Shown in pieces: positions 53,404-61,516 of a stretch of DNA of 64,000 bases. The notes beneath the pieces were generated by a model. It was not told the DNA's origin. It saw only the letters and a program-made list of their open reading frames with translations, and ran no database searches. The stretch covers positions 250,290 to 314,289 of the IMG/VR virus record IMGVR_UViG_3300046522_000316. One strand, written 5' to 3'. Positions within the stretch are counted from its first letter, which is position 1. Every line of letters starts with the position of its first letter. The position numbers and the translations under genes were made by a program. This DNA comes from a virus (taxonomy: Duplodnaviria; Caudoviricetes).

Positions 53404-53508
53404 CGTTTTGTTTCCTTTGCCAACCTATAGGAATGCACCGGGCGCCATGCCGGTCAGCAGTAGCCAGCGCCTAGTGTTTGTTGCTCTGTATTATTTACAG
53501 TTTTTCGA

Positions 53509-53883
53509 TCACAGGAAAATGCCTGTGCGAATCAGGTGAACAAACCCGCCCGGATCGAAGCTGAAAGATTTCTGATTGATGCGGTATTTATTCAGCAGAT
53601 TGAAAAACCGGTTCTGCTGGTACTGGTCGGTTTCGTCCAGATGTTTGGCGTCGTCGCAGGTCGCCGCTTGCAGATAGGCAACGTCTTTGTCTGCGCGTTC
53701 CGTGTCCGGGCTTTTCGTCAGGTGATTGACGTAAACGTCGTCGAGTCGAATGAGCGCGTGCAACAACGGCAACGGCACATCGGAAATCGACGGAATGTAG
53801 AAGAAAGCAATTTCTTCAGGAATTTGTTCGTAACAGAGCAAAATGCTGTCACGTTTGTGTTCGCTCAATTGCTGTTCGCTCAT
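53509..53883 (-). CDS. hypothetical protein
   Basis: GGAG SD. Confidence 0.65.
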   Translation of the reverse strand: MSEQQLSEHKRDSILLCYEQIPEEIAFFYIPSISDVPLPLLHALIRLDDVYVNHLTKSPDTERADKDVAYLQAATCDDAKHLDETDQYQQNRFFNLLNKYRINQKSFSFDPGGFVHLIRTGIFL

Positions 53884-53896
53884 AGCGTCACTCCAT

Positions 53897-54100
53897 TCAT
53901 TGTTTTACATAGACGGTAATATCGTCGTCTTGCATAACGTATTCGTCACGGGCTTGGCGGCAAACGTCCAGATCATTATCGGTTTCAATGATCACTTCGT
54001 TAACGTCACCGTCCGGCATTCTACGAAGCACGGCGGCAGAGAAACCACTGATCATCATTGCGCCCAATTTCAAACCCATCGAGGCCAGTGAATCGCTCAT
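53897..54100 (-). CDS. small early protein
   Basis: Follows family-A leader. Confidence 0.65.
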   Translation of the reverse strand: MSDSLASMGLKLGAMMISGFSAAVLRRMPDGDVNEVIIETDNDLDVCRQARDEYVMQDDDITVYVKQ

Positions 54101-54189
54101 GGAAAACTTCCCTTATTTCGTGAGTGTAGTTACGTCGGGCACAGGGGTGCCACGCTGCGCAGTATGCACTTCTAGAGCGCTGGCGTCAA
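54101..54189 (-). promoter_or_regulatory. sigma70-type promoter plus family-A leader
   Basis: TTGACG(54189-54184)-17 bp-CATACT(54166-54161) with TG; ACACTCACGAAATAAGGGAAG. Confidence 0.75.
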
Positions 54190-54546
54190 GGCTAGGCCGT
54201 CCAGCCACATGCGCTTGACCGGGCTGTAATAGCGGCGCGAAACCGGGAAGTTAAACCCGCCCTTCAACGACACGAAATAATCGGAGGATGCAGGGGCGCG
54301 ACCTACTTCAATGATCGAATTCAAACGAACCAAAGTACCGCGATGGACTGGAATAAAATCCTCTTTGAAACGTTCGTCCGCAATCAACTGACGCAGCGAT
54401 TCAGTCCAGATCGGACGATCCTTGTTGTTGCGCAAAATAACTTCGACGTATTTGTCGGAAGCGTGAAACGCAACAATGTCTTCGCGGTTGAATTCGATCA
54501 CACGCAAACCGAGGCGTGTATTAAATTCGAAGGTCGTGCCCTGCAT
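54172..54546 (-). CDS. stand-alone LytTR DNA-binding domain protein (AlgR C-terminal-like)
   Basis: TRLG...DIVAFHASDKYV...ESLRQL...FIPVHRGTLV...LKGG...VSRR are LytTR hallmarks; no receiver domain. Confidence 0.85.
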   Translation of the reverse strand: MQGTTFEFNTRLGLRVIEFNREDIVAFHASDKYVEVILRNNKDRPIWTESLRQLIADERFKEDFIPVHRGTLVRLNSIIEVGRAPASSDYFVSLKGGFNFPVSRRYYSPVKRMWLDGLALTPAL

Positions 54547-54555
54547 GGAATTTCC

Positions 54556-55164
54556 TTATGTGTTGAGCAAAGCCAGCAAATCTTTCAGTTCGTCTTTCGA
54601 ACGTTGAGCAACACTGTCCTGAACTTTTTTGCTGCTGGATTTGAAATAGATCGCAACCGAAGAGCCGCGATAGTTTTGGACTTTCTCGATGAACTCTTTG
54701 TCAGTCCCTTTGAAGTTCGGGCCGAGTGCCTTGATGATCAGGCTGGTGTTTGGCCCGTACTGAATCGAAACGCTCAGCACACATTCGCGCACCGCAACAT
54801 GGCGGTCGTAAATGTCGATGTAGCTGGCCTTCAGTTTCGCGGCCTGCGGTTCGTAGTGCGTCGATGCGATGTACAGAAATTGATTGGTCGCAAATTCGAG
54901 CGGTTTTTCTGCTGCGATTTTGTTGTAGACCTCGGTAAACGCTTTGGTGCCCGGTTCCAGTTTGCCGAACGCTGCACGATAAGGCGCACCGAATTGCGAA
55001 GCGAGATATTTCGCCATGGAACCATTTTTCGAAGCCAGTTGGTGCTTGCCGTAGCTCACACCGCCAGCGTCACCGGCACCGGTACTCACGGTTTTTACGC
55101 CACGGCCACCGGATTCATATTTACCAGCGATATCGCCGGTAATCTCACGTCGTGCATTAGTCAT
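54556..55164 (-). CDS. lysozyme-like peptidoglycan hydrolase (VgrG3 C-terminal-like), putative endolysin
   Basis: GKYESGGRGVKTVSTGAGDAGGVSYGKHQLAS...SVSIQYGP. Confidence 0.75.
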   Translation of the reverse strand: MTNARREITGDIAGKYESGGRGVKTVSTGAGDAGGVSYGKHQLASKNGSMAKYLASQFGAPYRAAFGKLEPGTKAFTEVYNKIAAEKPLEFATNQFLYIASTHYEPQAAKLKASYIDIYDRHVAVRECVLSVSIQYGPNTSLIIKALGPNFKGTDKEFIEKVQNYRGSSVAIYFKSSSKKVQDSVAQRSKDELKDLLALLNT

Positions 55165-55213
55165 AGTGACTTTTCCTTTCGGTTGGTTTCTATGACTAAA
55201 TTACGACGATCAA

Positions 55214-55741
55214 TTATTTAGGTTCTGGATGCACAACACTTCCAGTTGGAACCATCAGGCCGTTGAAGTTTGTCCACTCGGAACTGCTTTCGCAGCGTGG
55301 GCACTTGTGCTTGAATTTGCGGTCGCCCAAAACTTCCAACAACAAATCCTGTGCCGGTTCGTCAGTCAGAAACTTTTTGCAATTCGGACATTGCAAATCC
55401 AGTGGGCCGCGACTTGTTCCGTCACGTCCCGCCATGCCGACGCAACCCATAGCGCCCTGCATTCCCGGTGGCCCTTGAAAGATTTTCAACCAACGCGCAA
55501 GCAGCGGCATGTAACGAACAATGCCCTGATAATCGCGATGATTTCCAACGTAACGTTGGGCACAACTTTCTGCAACGCTGCGTGGATCAAGTTCGTTGTC
55601 GTAGCAATCCAGTTTTTCGGATTCTTCTTCGAAAATCGTGTCAGAAATATTGTGCCACGTAGGCCACAACATCGGACGCGCTTGCGGGATATAACTCCCT
55701 TCTTTGTAAAGCACTCGACTGAACATCAGAGACGGCCCCAC
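55214..55741 (-). CDS. Zn-ribbon-containing hypothetical protein
   Basis: CPNC...CPRC. Confidence 0.6.
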   Translation of the reverse strand: MGPSLMFSRVLYKEGSYIPQARPMLWPTWHNISDTIFEEESEKLDCYDNELDPRSVAESCAQRYVGNHRDYQGIVRYMPLLARWLKIFQGPPGMQGAMGCVGMAGRDGTSRGPLDLQCPNCKKFLTDEPAQDLLLEVLGDRKFKHKCPRCESSSEWTNFNGLMVPTGSVVHPEPK

Positions 55742-55941
55742 GTTTGATAATCGGCTTCGGTCATGTGCGAATCATCGTCACGCAATTTCTTTTCGTATGC
55801 GCGCAAATCTTCAACATGGTTTTCACACGCGGCTTTGCTCATTCCACCGAGTCCGCTTTTGCGAAAGCAGGCTGCAACTTTTTGCCCGGCTTCTTTGCAC
55901 CACGTGCAGTTGTAAGGTTCGTTTATTTTGAGTTTTTTCAT
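55726..55941 (-). CDS. small Cys-containing protein
   Basis: CTWC...C...ACENH. Confidence 0.6.
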   Translation of the reverse strand: MKKLKINEPYNCTWCKEAGQKVAACFRKSGLGGMSKAACENHVEDLRAYEKKLRDDDSHMTEADYQTWGRL

Positions 55942-56243
55942 TTGGCGTCGGTGGCGTCAAACACATGCCAAATCAAACCGCCGTTTTCGGTGCTGACGGT
56001 GCCGATGAATTTGCCCGGTTCGGTTTGCGGTTCGCCTTCGTAGGTGCTGCGATCTTTCGGAACTTTGTGACCGGTGCCGTAAATGTCGATAACTTTCGTG
56101 ACGGTCGATTCAGTGCCGTAGTCGATCAGCGCATACAGCACAACTTCGCCGCGCTGTTCGATCACAGAAAGAATTTGTGCAGGTGCCGGAATTTCCAACA
56201 CTTGGCGGTCGGTTACGCTCAGCACATATTTACCGATGATCAT
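55938..56243 (-). CDS. conserved-type small phage beta protein
   Basis: P..AQILSV...YGTGH...IGTV...LIWHVF. Confidence 0.7.
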   Translation of the reverse strand: MIIGKYVLSVTDRQVLEIPAPAQILSVIEQRGEVVLYALIDYGTESTVTKVIDIYGTGHKVPKDRSTYEGEPQTEPGKFIGTVSTENGGLIWHVFDATDAK

Positions 56244-56668
56244 TCGCGAATCTCCAGAGTATTTACATTGCGGCGCATGTGAAGCAACGATTCATCAACC
56301 GTGAACGGCGAGGTCTGTGCAATAAGGCCCCGTGTGGTGCCAGCCGATGGAACCCACTGTTCAGGCGGCGCGTTAAGGCTTTTGCACACGGCATCAGAAA
56401 TTTGCTGCGCATGTTCCGCGTCATTTGCGAAGAACGTATAAAACGCAGCGTAACTCGGCTTGGATTTGTGAACCGTTTGATCGGGCCACACCATGCGGCG
56501 GCGCCCGTCCGTTCCGATTTGCCGGTGAATAATTCCGTGCTGCTGCCAAACCAACGTTTCCGGATCGGCCACCACTGCCAGCCAGAAACTTTCGGTGAAT
56601 TTGAATTTAACGCGCTGTGAAGCTCGACGGTAGGTCGTAGTCAAACGTCCCTTCAGATTTGCTCGCAT
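56240..56668 (-). CDS. hypothetical protein
   Basis: Tiled ORF. Confidence 0.55.
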   Translation of the reverse strand: MRANLKGRLTTTYRRASQRVKFKFTESFWLAVVADPETLVWQQHGIIHRQIGTDGRRRMVWPDQTVHKSKPSYAAFYTFFANDAEHAQQISDAVCKSLNAPPEQWVPSAGTTRGLIAQTSPFTVDESLLHMRRNVNTLEIRE

Positions 56669-56987
56669 CTACTTTCATCCCCATTGAAAAACTATTCGGA
56701 TGTTGCTGCTGTTCGATAGCCTCACGCAGGCGTTTCACCACCGCAGGATGTGCCACGATTTTTTGGCCGAACATCATCATTTGATCCGATGGCACTTTGT
56801 ACGGAATGTGGTTGAAACGTTGTTCAGGTTTCCAGCGCTTGCGGTGCGACCATTTCCGTTCTTCGAGGCGGTATTTAAGTTTCACCATGCTCGGGTCTTC
56901 AATGATTTGGAAGCCTTGGCATCCCATTAAAGAACCGAGGCCCTCGATACCGGGGAACAAGTTCCCGTTTCGATCCGGATACGACAT
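56607..56987 (-). CDS. hypothetical protein
   Basis: GGAG SD. Confidence 0.55.
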   Translation of the reverse strand: MSYPDRNGNLFPGIEGLGSLMGCQGFQIIEDPSMVKLKYRLEERKWSHRKRWKPEQRFNHIPYKVPSDQMMMFGQKIVAHPAVVKRLREAIEQQQHPNSFSMGMKVDASKSEGTFDYDLPSSFTAR

Positions 56988-57327
56988 TGTTCACTTCTCC
57001 AAAAAGGCCAGCCAATTTTCGCGATGCAATCTGCTGGCCTTCAGAAGCCAACAATTCTTTGTAGGTGAAATCGCGCAGGCGGTGCCAGTGTTCGAAATAT
57101 TCACGGCGGCTGCTGGTCTGGCGCAGAAGTGCAACGCGTTTCAACGGTTCGTGCATGCCGAACGCAGCGTACAGCACCCGGTCGATAAACGGATCGTCGC
57201 GCTCAGATTTGCGCCCGTGGATTTGATCGAAGGTTACTTCCTGCAAGACGCGACAGAAATCCCGGTAGTCACCGCCACCGAAATTCGCAAACAACATAAA
57301 AGCTTCGACTCGCATACGATTCTCCAA
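56899..57327 (-). CDS. hypothetical protein
   Basis: Tiled ORF. Confidence 0.55.
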   Translation of the reverse strand: MENRMRVEAFMLFANFGGGDYRDFCRVLQEVTFDQIHGRKSERDDPFIDRVLYAAFGMHEPLKRVALLRQTSSRREYFEHWHRLRDFTYKELLASEGQQIASRKLAGLFGEVNNVVSGSKRELVPRYRGPRFFNGMPRLPNH

Positions 57328-57351
57328 AGGGCCGTCCTTGGCCCGCTCGAA

Positions 57352-58326
57352 TTATTTAGAGATTTCTTCCATAAACACGATGCGTTTCTTCGGCATTTTC
57401 ACACCGCCACATTCCGACCCGTCGGCGCCATCATTGTAGTAAGGCAGGCGCCGTTGGATAGAGCCAGTAAACAGTTTCCACGCTACGGAATCATGCACGC
57501 AAATATCACGCGGCGTGGATTTTTCGTCTTCGAGGTCTACGCCAGCATGCGTGCGCAGGTCGCTCAAGATATTGTAGAGTGTATTGGAATCGAAATTCAG
57601 AAAGTCTTCACCCAAACGAATCGGATGCAGATGCGAGCGGTCGAATTCTTCACGTGGGTTCATGTACGACAGGAAAGTTTTCCCCGCGTCGAGAATCCAC
57701 GGGGCAGCGATCTTGGATTCACCTTCGCCCAAAACCACATCGAATTCACCGTCGAAGCCGAGGCCACGATTACGCTTTTCGAGTTTCAGCGCAGACTCAA
57801 ATTCTTTACGGGAAAACTTGTTGCGTTCATCGTAGAAAAACCAACGATGGCGGTTTTCGGTTTTCCACTCTTCAAACATTGCGCCCAACAGGTTTTCCAG
57901 AATCTCAGAGCTAGGCAGCAGGATATGCATTTCGCAGCCGCTACGGTGGCGATCAACACGCTTACCGACCAGCTGCACAAGCTGTGCAAAAAGCACGTAG
58001 GAGTAATCACGCAGGTACGAAATTTCCGGAGTGAAAATAATGTGCCCGGTGAAGTTATGATTCTTCAGCAATTCCGTCGTGTGTTCCATATCGGAATCCG
58101 CACCGAATACGCCGACGTTCGCAGGCACTTCGCCTTTGAAGCAATTGCGCACGCGCTGTTCCGCGCTGTCGCACGTGGCACCGACCACGATCACATTGAT
58201 ATGATCCGTCAGGCCTTTGCTGCCGTTTGTATTTTTGGTTGTGGTCAGGCCGTAACCAAACATGATCGAACGGGAAACCCGGTCAAACATATCGGAGTCA
58301 TCTACTACGCTATGATGGAATTTCAT
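57352..58326 (-). CDS. hypothetical protein (324 aa)
   Basis: AAGGA SD; long tiled ORF. Confidence 0.7.
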   Translation of the reverse strand: MKFHHSVVDDSDMFDRVSRSIMFGYGLTTTKNTNGSKGLTDHINVIVVGATCDSAEQRVRNCFKGEVPANVGVFGADSDMEHTTELLKNHNFTGHIIFTPEISYLRDYSYVLFAQLVQLVGKRVDRHRSGCEMHILLPSSEILENLLGAMFEEWKTENRHRWFFYDERNKFSRKEFESALKLEKRNRGLGFDGEFDVVLGEGESKIAAPWILDAGKTFLSYMNPREEFDRSHLHPIRLGEDFLNFDSNTLYNILSDLRTHAGVDLEDEKSTPRDICVHDSVAWKLFTGSIQRRLPYYNDGADGSECGGVKMPKKRIVFMEEISK

Positions 58327-58407
58327 TTGATAATATCCTTCGCGCTTTCCGCGCGTAAGTAAAGGGCAGCACTATGTGCGCCGCCCAGTTGGTGCTGCAT
58401 TGCTTAT

Positions 58408-58737
58408 TTACAGTTTGTCGCTGTTTTCATCCATCAGCGTGTCGATGGCCGATGGTTGAATGCCGATGGTTGCGTGGTTGAACACTTTGCGAATTTCCGC
58501 AATGCGTGCCAGCAGGAAATTTTCCAGCCCGTCGTCACCGAGATACATATCGTCGTTGCAGGTATCCCACAGGTTGAAGCCGCAGAACTGCACGCCGAAT
58601 TCCCCGGCTGCGTAGCTGAAAGACAGCAACGGAACCAGATGCTCCAGACGTTCTGGCAAACCTTCGTAAACGAGGTGGTCATTGATCTTGTCCACGATGC
58701 GGACAATTTGATCGGGTGTACTAGCGTCGAATTCCAT
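58408..58737 (-). CDS. acidic hypothetical protein
   Basis: GAGG SD. Confidence 0.6.
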   Translation of the reverse strand: MEFDASTPDQIVRIVDKINDHLVYEGLPERLEHLVPLLSFSYAAGEFGVQFCGFNLWDTCNDDMYLGDDGLENFLLARIAEIRKVFNHATIGIQPSAIDTLMDENSDKL

Positions 58738-58743
58738 ACCGCC

Positions 58744-59172
58744 TCACTTTATATTTTTCAGTTTTTGCTCAGTGCGTTTTACATACTTGAGCAAATCTTT
58801 TTTGTTGAATAGCGAAAGAGTTGCAATGCACGGTTTAGGCAGGTACTGACCACGCTTGATCAGTGCAATGTTGTAGCGCGCCTGTGCGTCTTCTGCCATT
58901 TCCAAAACGTCGCGGTAGATCATGCGATTGCGGGGCCAGACGATGCGCATGTACACGAACGGCTTTTCACTGCCGAGCGTGCCGCACCATTCTGATTTCC
59001 CCTTGCAACGCCCGCATTTGAAAATGGAAACGTCTACGTTTTTCTGGATTACTTCCCAGCGGCGTTTCTGGAAAAAACCCATGCCTTTCAGGCCATGATT
59101 ACACACCGGACATTCTTCGATGCCGTAGGCGGTAATCGGTGCAACGAACCACGATTTGATCAGGGCAATCAT
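58744..59172 (-). CDS. Zn-ribbon protein
   Basis: CPVC...CGRC. Confidence 0.6.
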   Translation of the reverse strand: MIALIKSWFVAPITAYGIEECPVCNHGLKGMGFFQKRRWEVIQKNVDVSIFKCGRCKGKSEWCGTLGSEKPFVYMRIVWPRNRMIYRDVLEMAEDAQARYNIALIKRGQYLPKPCIATLSLFNKKDLLKYVKRTEQKLKNIK

Positions 59173-59489
59173 GGAATCTTGATCCCGAGCAGATTTGCGG
59201 TGCGGATGATATCGGAGTACGTGCCGCCCGTTGGCAACGCATCCAATTCAGCGCGGATTTTTGCAGTTGGTTCCAACAGCTTTTCCATTTCCGCCAGAAT
59301 GTCGCTCAACGTTTCGGTCTTCGGAGCTTCGGACGGAGTGAAACGAATTGCTTTGTCAGGATTGCGCAAACATTCCAGACGGTGACGCAGACGATCCAGT
59401 TGCCCGCACGCCTTCAGCAGCGCAGCACGCGCCGTGCAATAACGAACTTGTTCCTGATCGGTGCAGCGGGTAATTTTGTGGTCGGTCAT
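59169..59489 (-). CDS. hypothetical protein
   Basis: ATGA-coupled. Confidence 0.6.
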   Translation of the reverse strand: MTDHKITRCTDQEQVRYCTARAALLKACGQLDRLRHRLECLRNPDKAIRFTPSEAPKTETLSDILAEMEKLLEPTAKIRAELDALPTGGTYSDIIRTANLLGIKIP

Positions 59490-60073
59490 CCGTAAAGTCC
59501 TTCGCGCATGAGTCGTTGTTTAATTGGATTGATATCGGTGCCGTAGCGGTCGATACGGGCCAGCACTTTTTTCATGTCGGGTTTATTGCGCAGATTGTAA
59601 ATCGGGATATCAAATTCCCAAGCAATCATAATCGCAACCCCGGTGCCGCCTGTACGTCCGCGCAAGTAACCGGATGGGCTGACGCAACCGTCTGGCGTCC
59701 AGCACACTAAAAATTCGGATGGATCGGAATCTTCTACGCAGGTAGACAGGCCGACCACTTGAAAAGCATTGCGACGAAACATTTTCATGTGTTGCTTATT
59801 CTGGATCACAATTGGATAAACTTTCTGTGCCAGATATTCGCCCCACATCGTTTGTTCTTCGGTGTACTGCCAGATGCCAGTTTGATGCCCACGAAACCCG
59901 CGATCAGGCAGATAAATTTCCGTGTGCTTGGCACCGTTTTCAAAGGCTTCGTCGGAGCCTTTCGCGGCCCCGGAGCGCATAATAGAATTCGGCTTTGTCT
60001 CAGCAAACAACGTCTCGACCATGCAGACGCTTTCAGGTGTTTTCTGACTGCCGACGCCCGTCCACTTTTTCAA
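59486..60073 (-). CDS. DprA/Smf-like SLOG-fold protein
   Basis: WTGVGSQKTP...RSGAAKGSDEAFENG...IYLP...FLVCWTPDG...GGTGVAI.IA...IPIYNL. Confidence 0.75.
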   Translation of the reverse strand: MKKWTGVGSQKTPESVCMVETLFAETKPNSIMRSGAAKGSDEAFENGAKHTEIYLPDRGFRGHQTGIWQYTEEQTMWGEYLAQKVYPIVIQNKQHMKMFRRNAFQVVGLSTCVEDSDPSEFLVCWTPDGCVSPSGYLRGRTGGTGVAIMIAWEFDIPIYNLRNKPDMKKVLARIDRYGTDINPIKQRLMREGLYG

Positions 60074-60384
60074 ACGTTCGGGTACATCATGCCAATGGCG
60101 TCACAGATCGAACTTTGTTTGCGTTCGTCTTTGAACCATTTGATCCGTTCAAGCAAATCGTTTTTCTGCTTGATTGCCTGCTTCACCAATTCGATCAGGT
60201 GCGGCGCGCTGTAGTGCTTCAGGAACTCAGGCTGGCCCAAATTTTTGGTGGGCGGCAGGCCGATCAAACGTTCGATGGTCATGTCGCCTACGGGCGAGTA
60301 TTGCAATTCAGCCAGAGTGCAAGTGTGCGCCAGAATTTCACCCTGAACGTGTGCGAAAACACGCAGCAGTTTTTCACGATCCAT
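60070..60384 (-). CDS. hypothetical protein
   Basis: Tiled ORF. Confidence 0.55.
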   Translation of the reverse strand: MDREKLLRVFAHVQGEILAHTCTLAELQYSPVGDMTIERLIGLPPTKNLGQPEFLKHYSAPHLIELVKQAIKQKNDLLERIKWFKDERKQSSICDAIGMMYPNV

Positions 60385-60388
60385 TTGA

Positions 60389-60670
60389 TCACCATTGGTT
60401 GATTTGAATGGGCGTCAAATTCATGCGGGCGGCATGCTTGATAACGCCGTGCAGAAAGTCACCGGAATAATCCGAGGAAACAGCTTGGTGCAAATAATGA
60501 TTTCCAGAAAGATGCGCGTAGGAAATTGCTTCCCGCATTACGCCCCACGGTAGGAAAGGAAGAACTAAACGCACGGCACGCACTTGCATGATCGTGGTCA
60601 GGTAGGCTGCATTCAGCCCGGCCCGTTCTGCATGCTGATCGTCTGCAAACAAAACGATGTATTCATTCAT
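60389..60670 (-). CDS. hypothetical protein
   Basis: ATGA-coupled. Confidence 0.55.
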   Translation of the reverse strand: MNEYIVLFADDQHAERAGLNAAYLTTIMQVRAVRLVLPFLPWGVMREAISYAHLSGNHYLHQAVSSDYSGDFLHGVIKHAARMNLTPIQINQW

Positions 60671-61155
60671 GGGAATATTTGCAAAGACGCTTGCTCAGGA
60701 TGGAACCAATCGCCAATCGGACGGCCTTCGGAATTGAAATACCCGTCAGCCATCAGGTAGGCCATGATTTCCCAATTCGATTTTACGACTTCCAGATTAT
60801 CAGGATTGTGGCCGGTGGAAATGCCGCCCGAATTCATCACGAAATTGTTGTTGCGGACGCTGTGTTCGATACCCACCAGCTTCCAGCGGAAACACAGGTT
60901 GTACAGCGGCGTGCCGTCGCAATCGCGAGTGAAGTTCTGCACGAACAAACGCAGGCCTGCCATCGAACCGCTTTTGATTTCGACCAAAGTTAACAGCTGC
61001 AATTCGTGCTGTTTTTCCATATTGCGTTCTTTGCGCGTGGTGCCGTCTTCCTCGACGATGTGGTGGCCGGTCACAAGCGAACCGCGTTCATCGTTGAACA
61101 CCACGCCTTCCGGGCGAACCAGCATGCCGCCAACTTCTACCGTTTCATTTGACAT
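60667..61155 (-). CDS. hypothetical phage protein (RDCDGTPLY motif)
   Basis: Tiled ORF. Confidence 0.65.
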   Translation of the reverse strand: MSNETVEVGGMLVRPEGVVFNDERGSLVTGHHIVEEDGTTRKERNMEKQHELQLLTLVEIKSGSMAGLRLFVQNFTRDCDGTPLYNLCFRWKLVGIEHSVRNNNFVMNSGGISTGHNPDNLEVVKSNWEIMAYLMADGYFNSEGRPIGDWFHPEQASLQIFP

Positions 61156-61471
61156 GGGATGGTTTCTCGATTTCGTAGATTACGAAGTCCTCGTTTCCGT
61201 GTTCGATATGTTCGAGATTTCCACGGTCGTTGGTTTTGAATTCGCCCATTGGCAGAAAGCGACGTTTGAATTCGTCGTGCCACACACCGTATTCGGTTTT
61301 CTTTCCGTCGCGGTAGTGTGTCGGGCCGCATGCGCTGCAAAGCAGTTTCCCTTCGCGTTCTGGTGCATACGACCAGTCGAAAAGTTTACGCATGAAACTC
61401 AGTTTAAAACCTTGTGCAGCACATGCCGTATTTTCGCAGCAGCCGCAATGTTCGCACTGAAACAAACTCAT
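61145..61471 (-). CDS. Cys-rich phage protein
   Basis: FQCEHCGCCENTA...LLCSACGP; AGGAG SD. Confidence 0.7.
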   Translation of the reverse strand: MSLFQCEHCGCCENTACAAQGFKLSFMRKLFDWSYAPEREGKLLCSACGPTHYRDGKKTEYGVWHDEFKRRFLPMGEFKTNDRGNLEHIEHGNEDFVIYEIEKPSHVK

Positions 61472-61516
61472 AAATTTCTCCCTAAAAGAAAAGGGCCTTC
61501 CTTGGCCCGATTTCGT

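Noticed and set aside
53404-53508. Possible extra sigma70 promoter (CTGACC...CATTCC) in the 105-nt gap
   Set aside because: Both hexamers are weak, spacing is ambiguous and there is no family-A leader.
57352-58326. P-loop NTPase suggested by DAGKT
   Set aside because: Context is PWILDAGKT, not GxxxxGK[ST], and it lies late in the protein without a Walker B; left as hypothetical.
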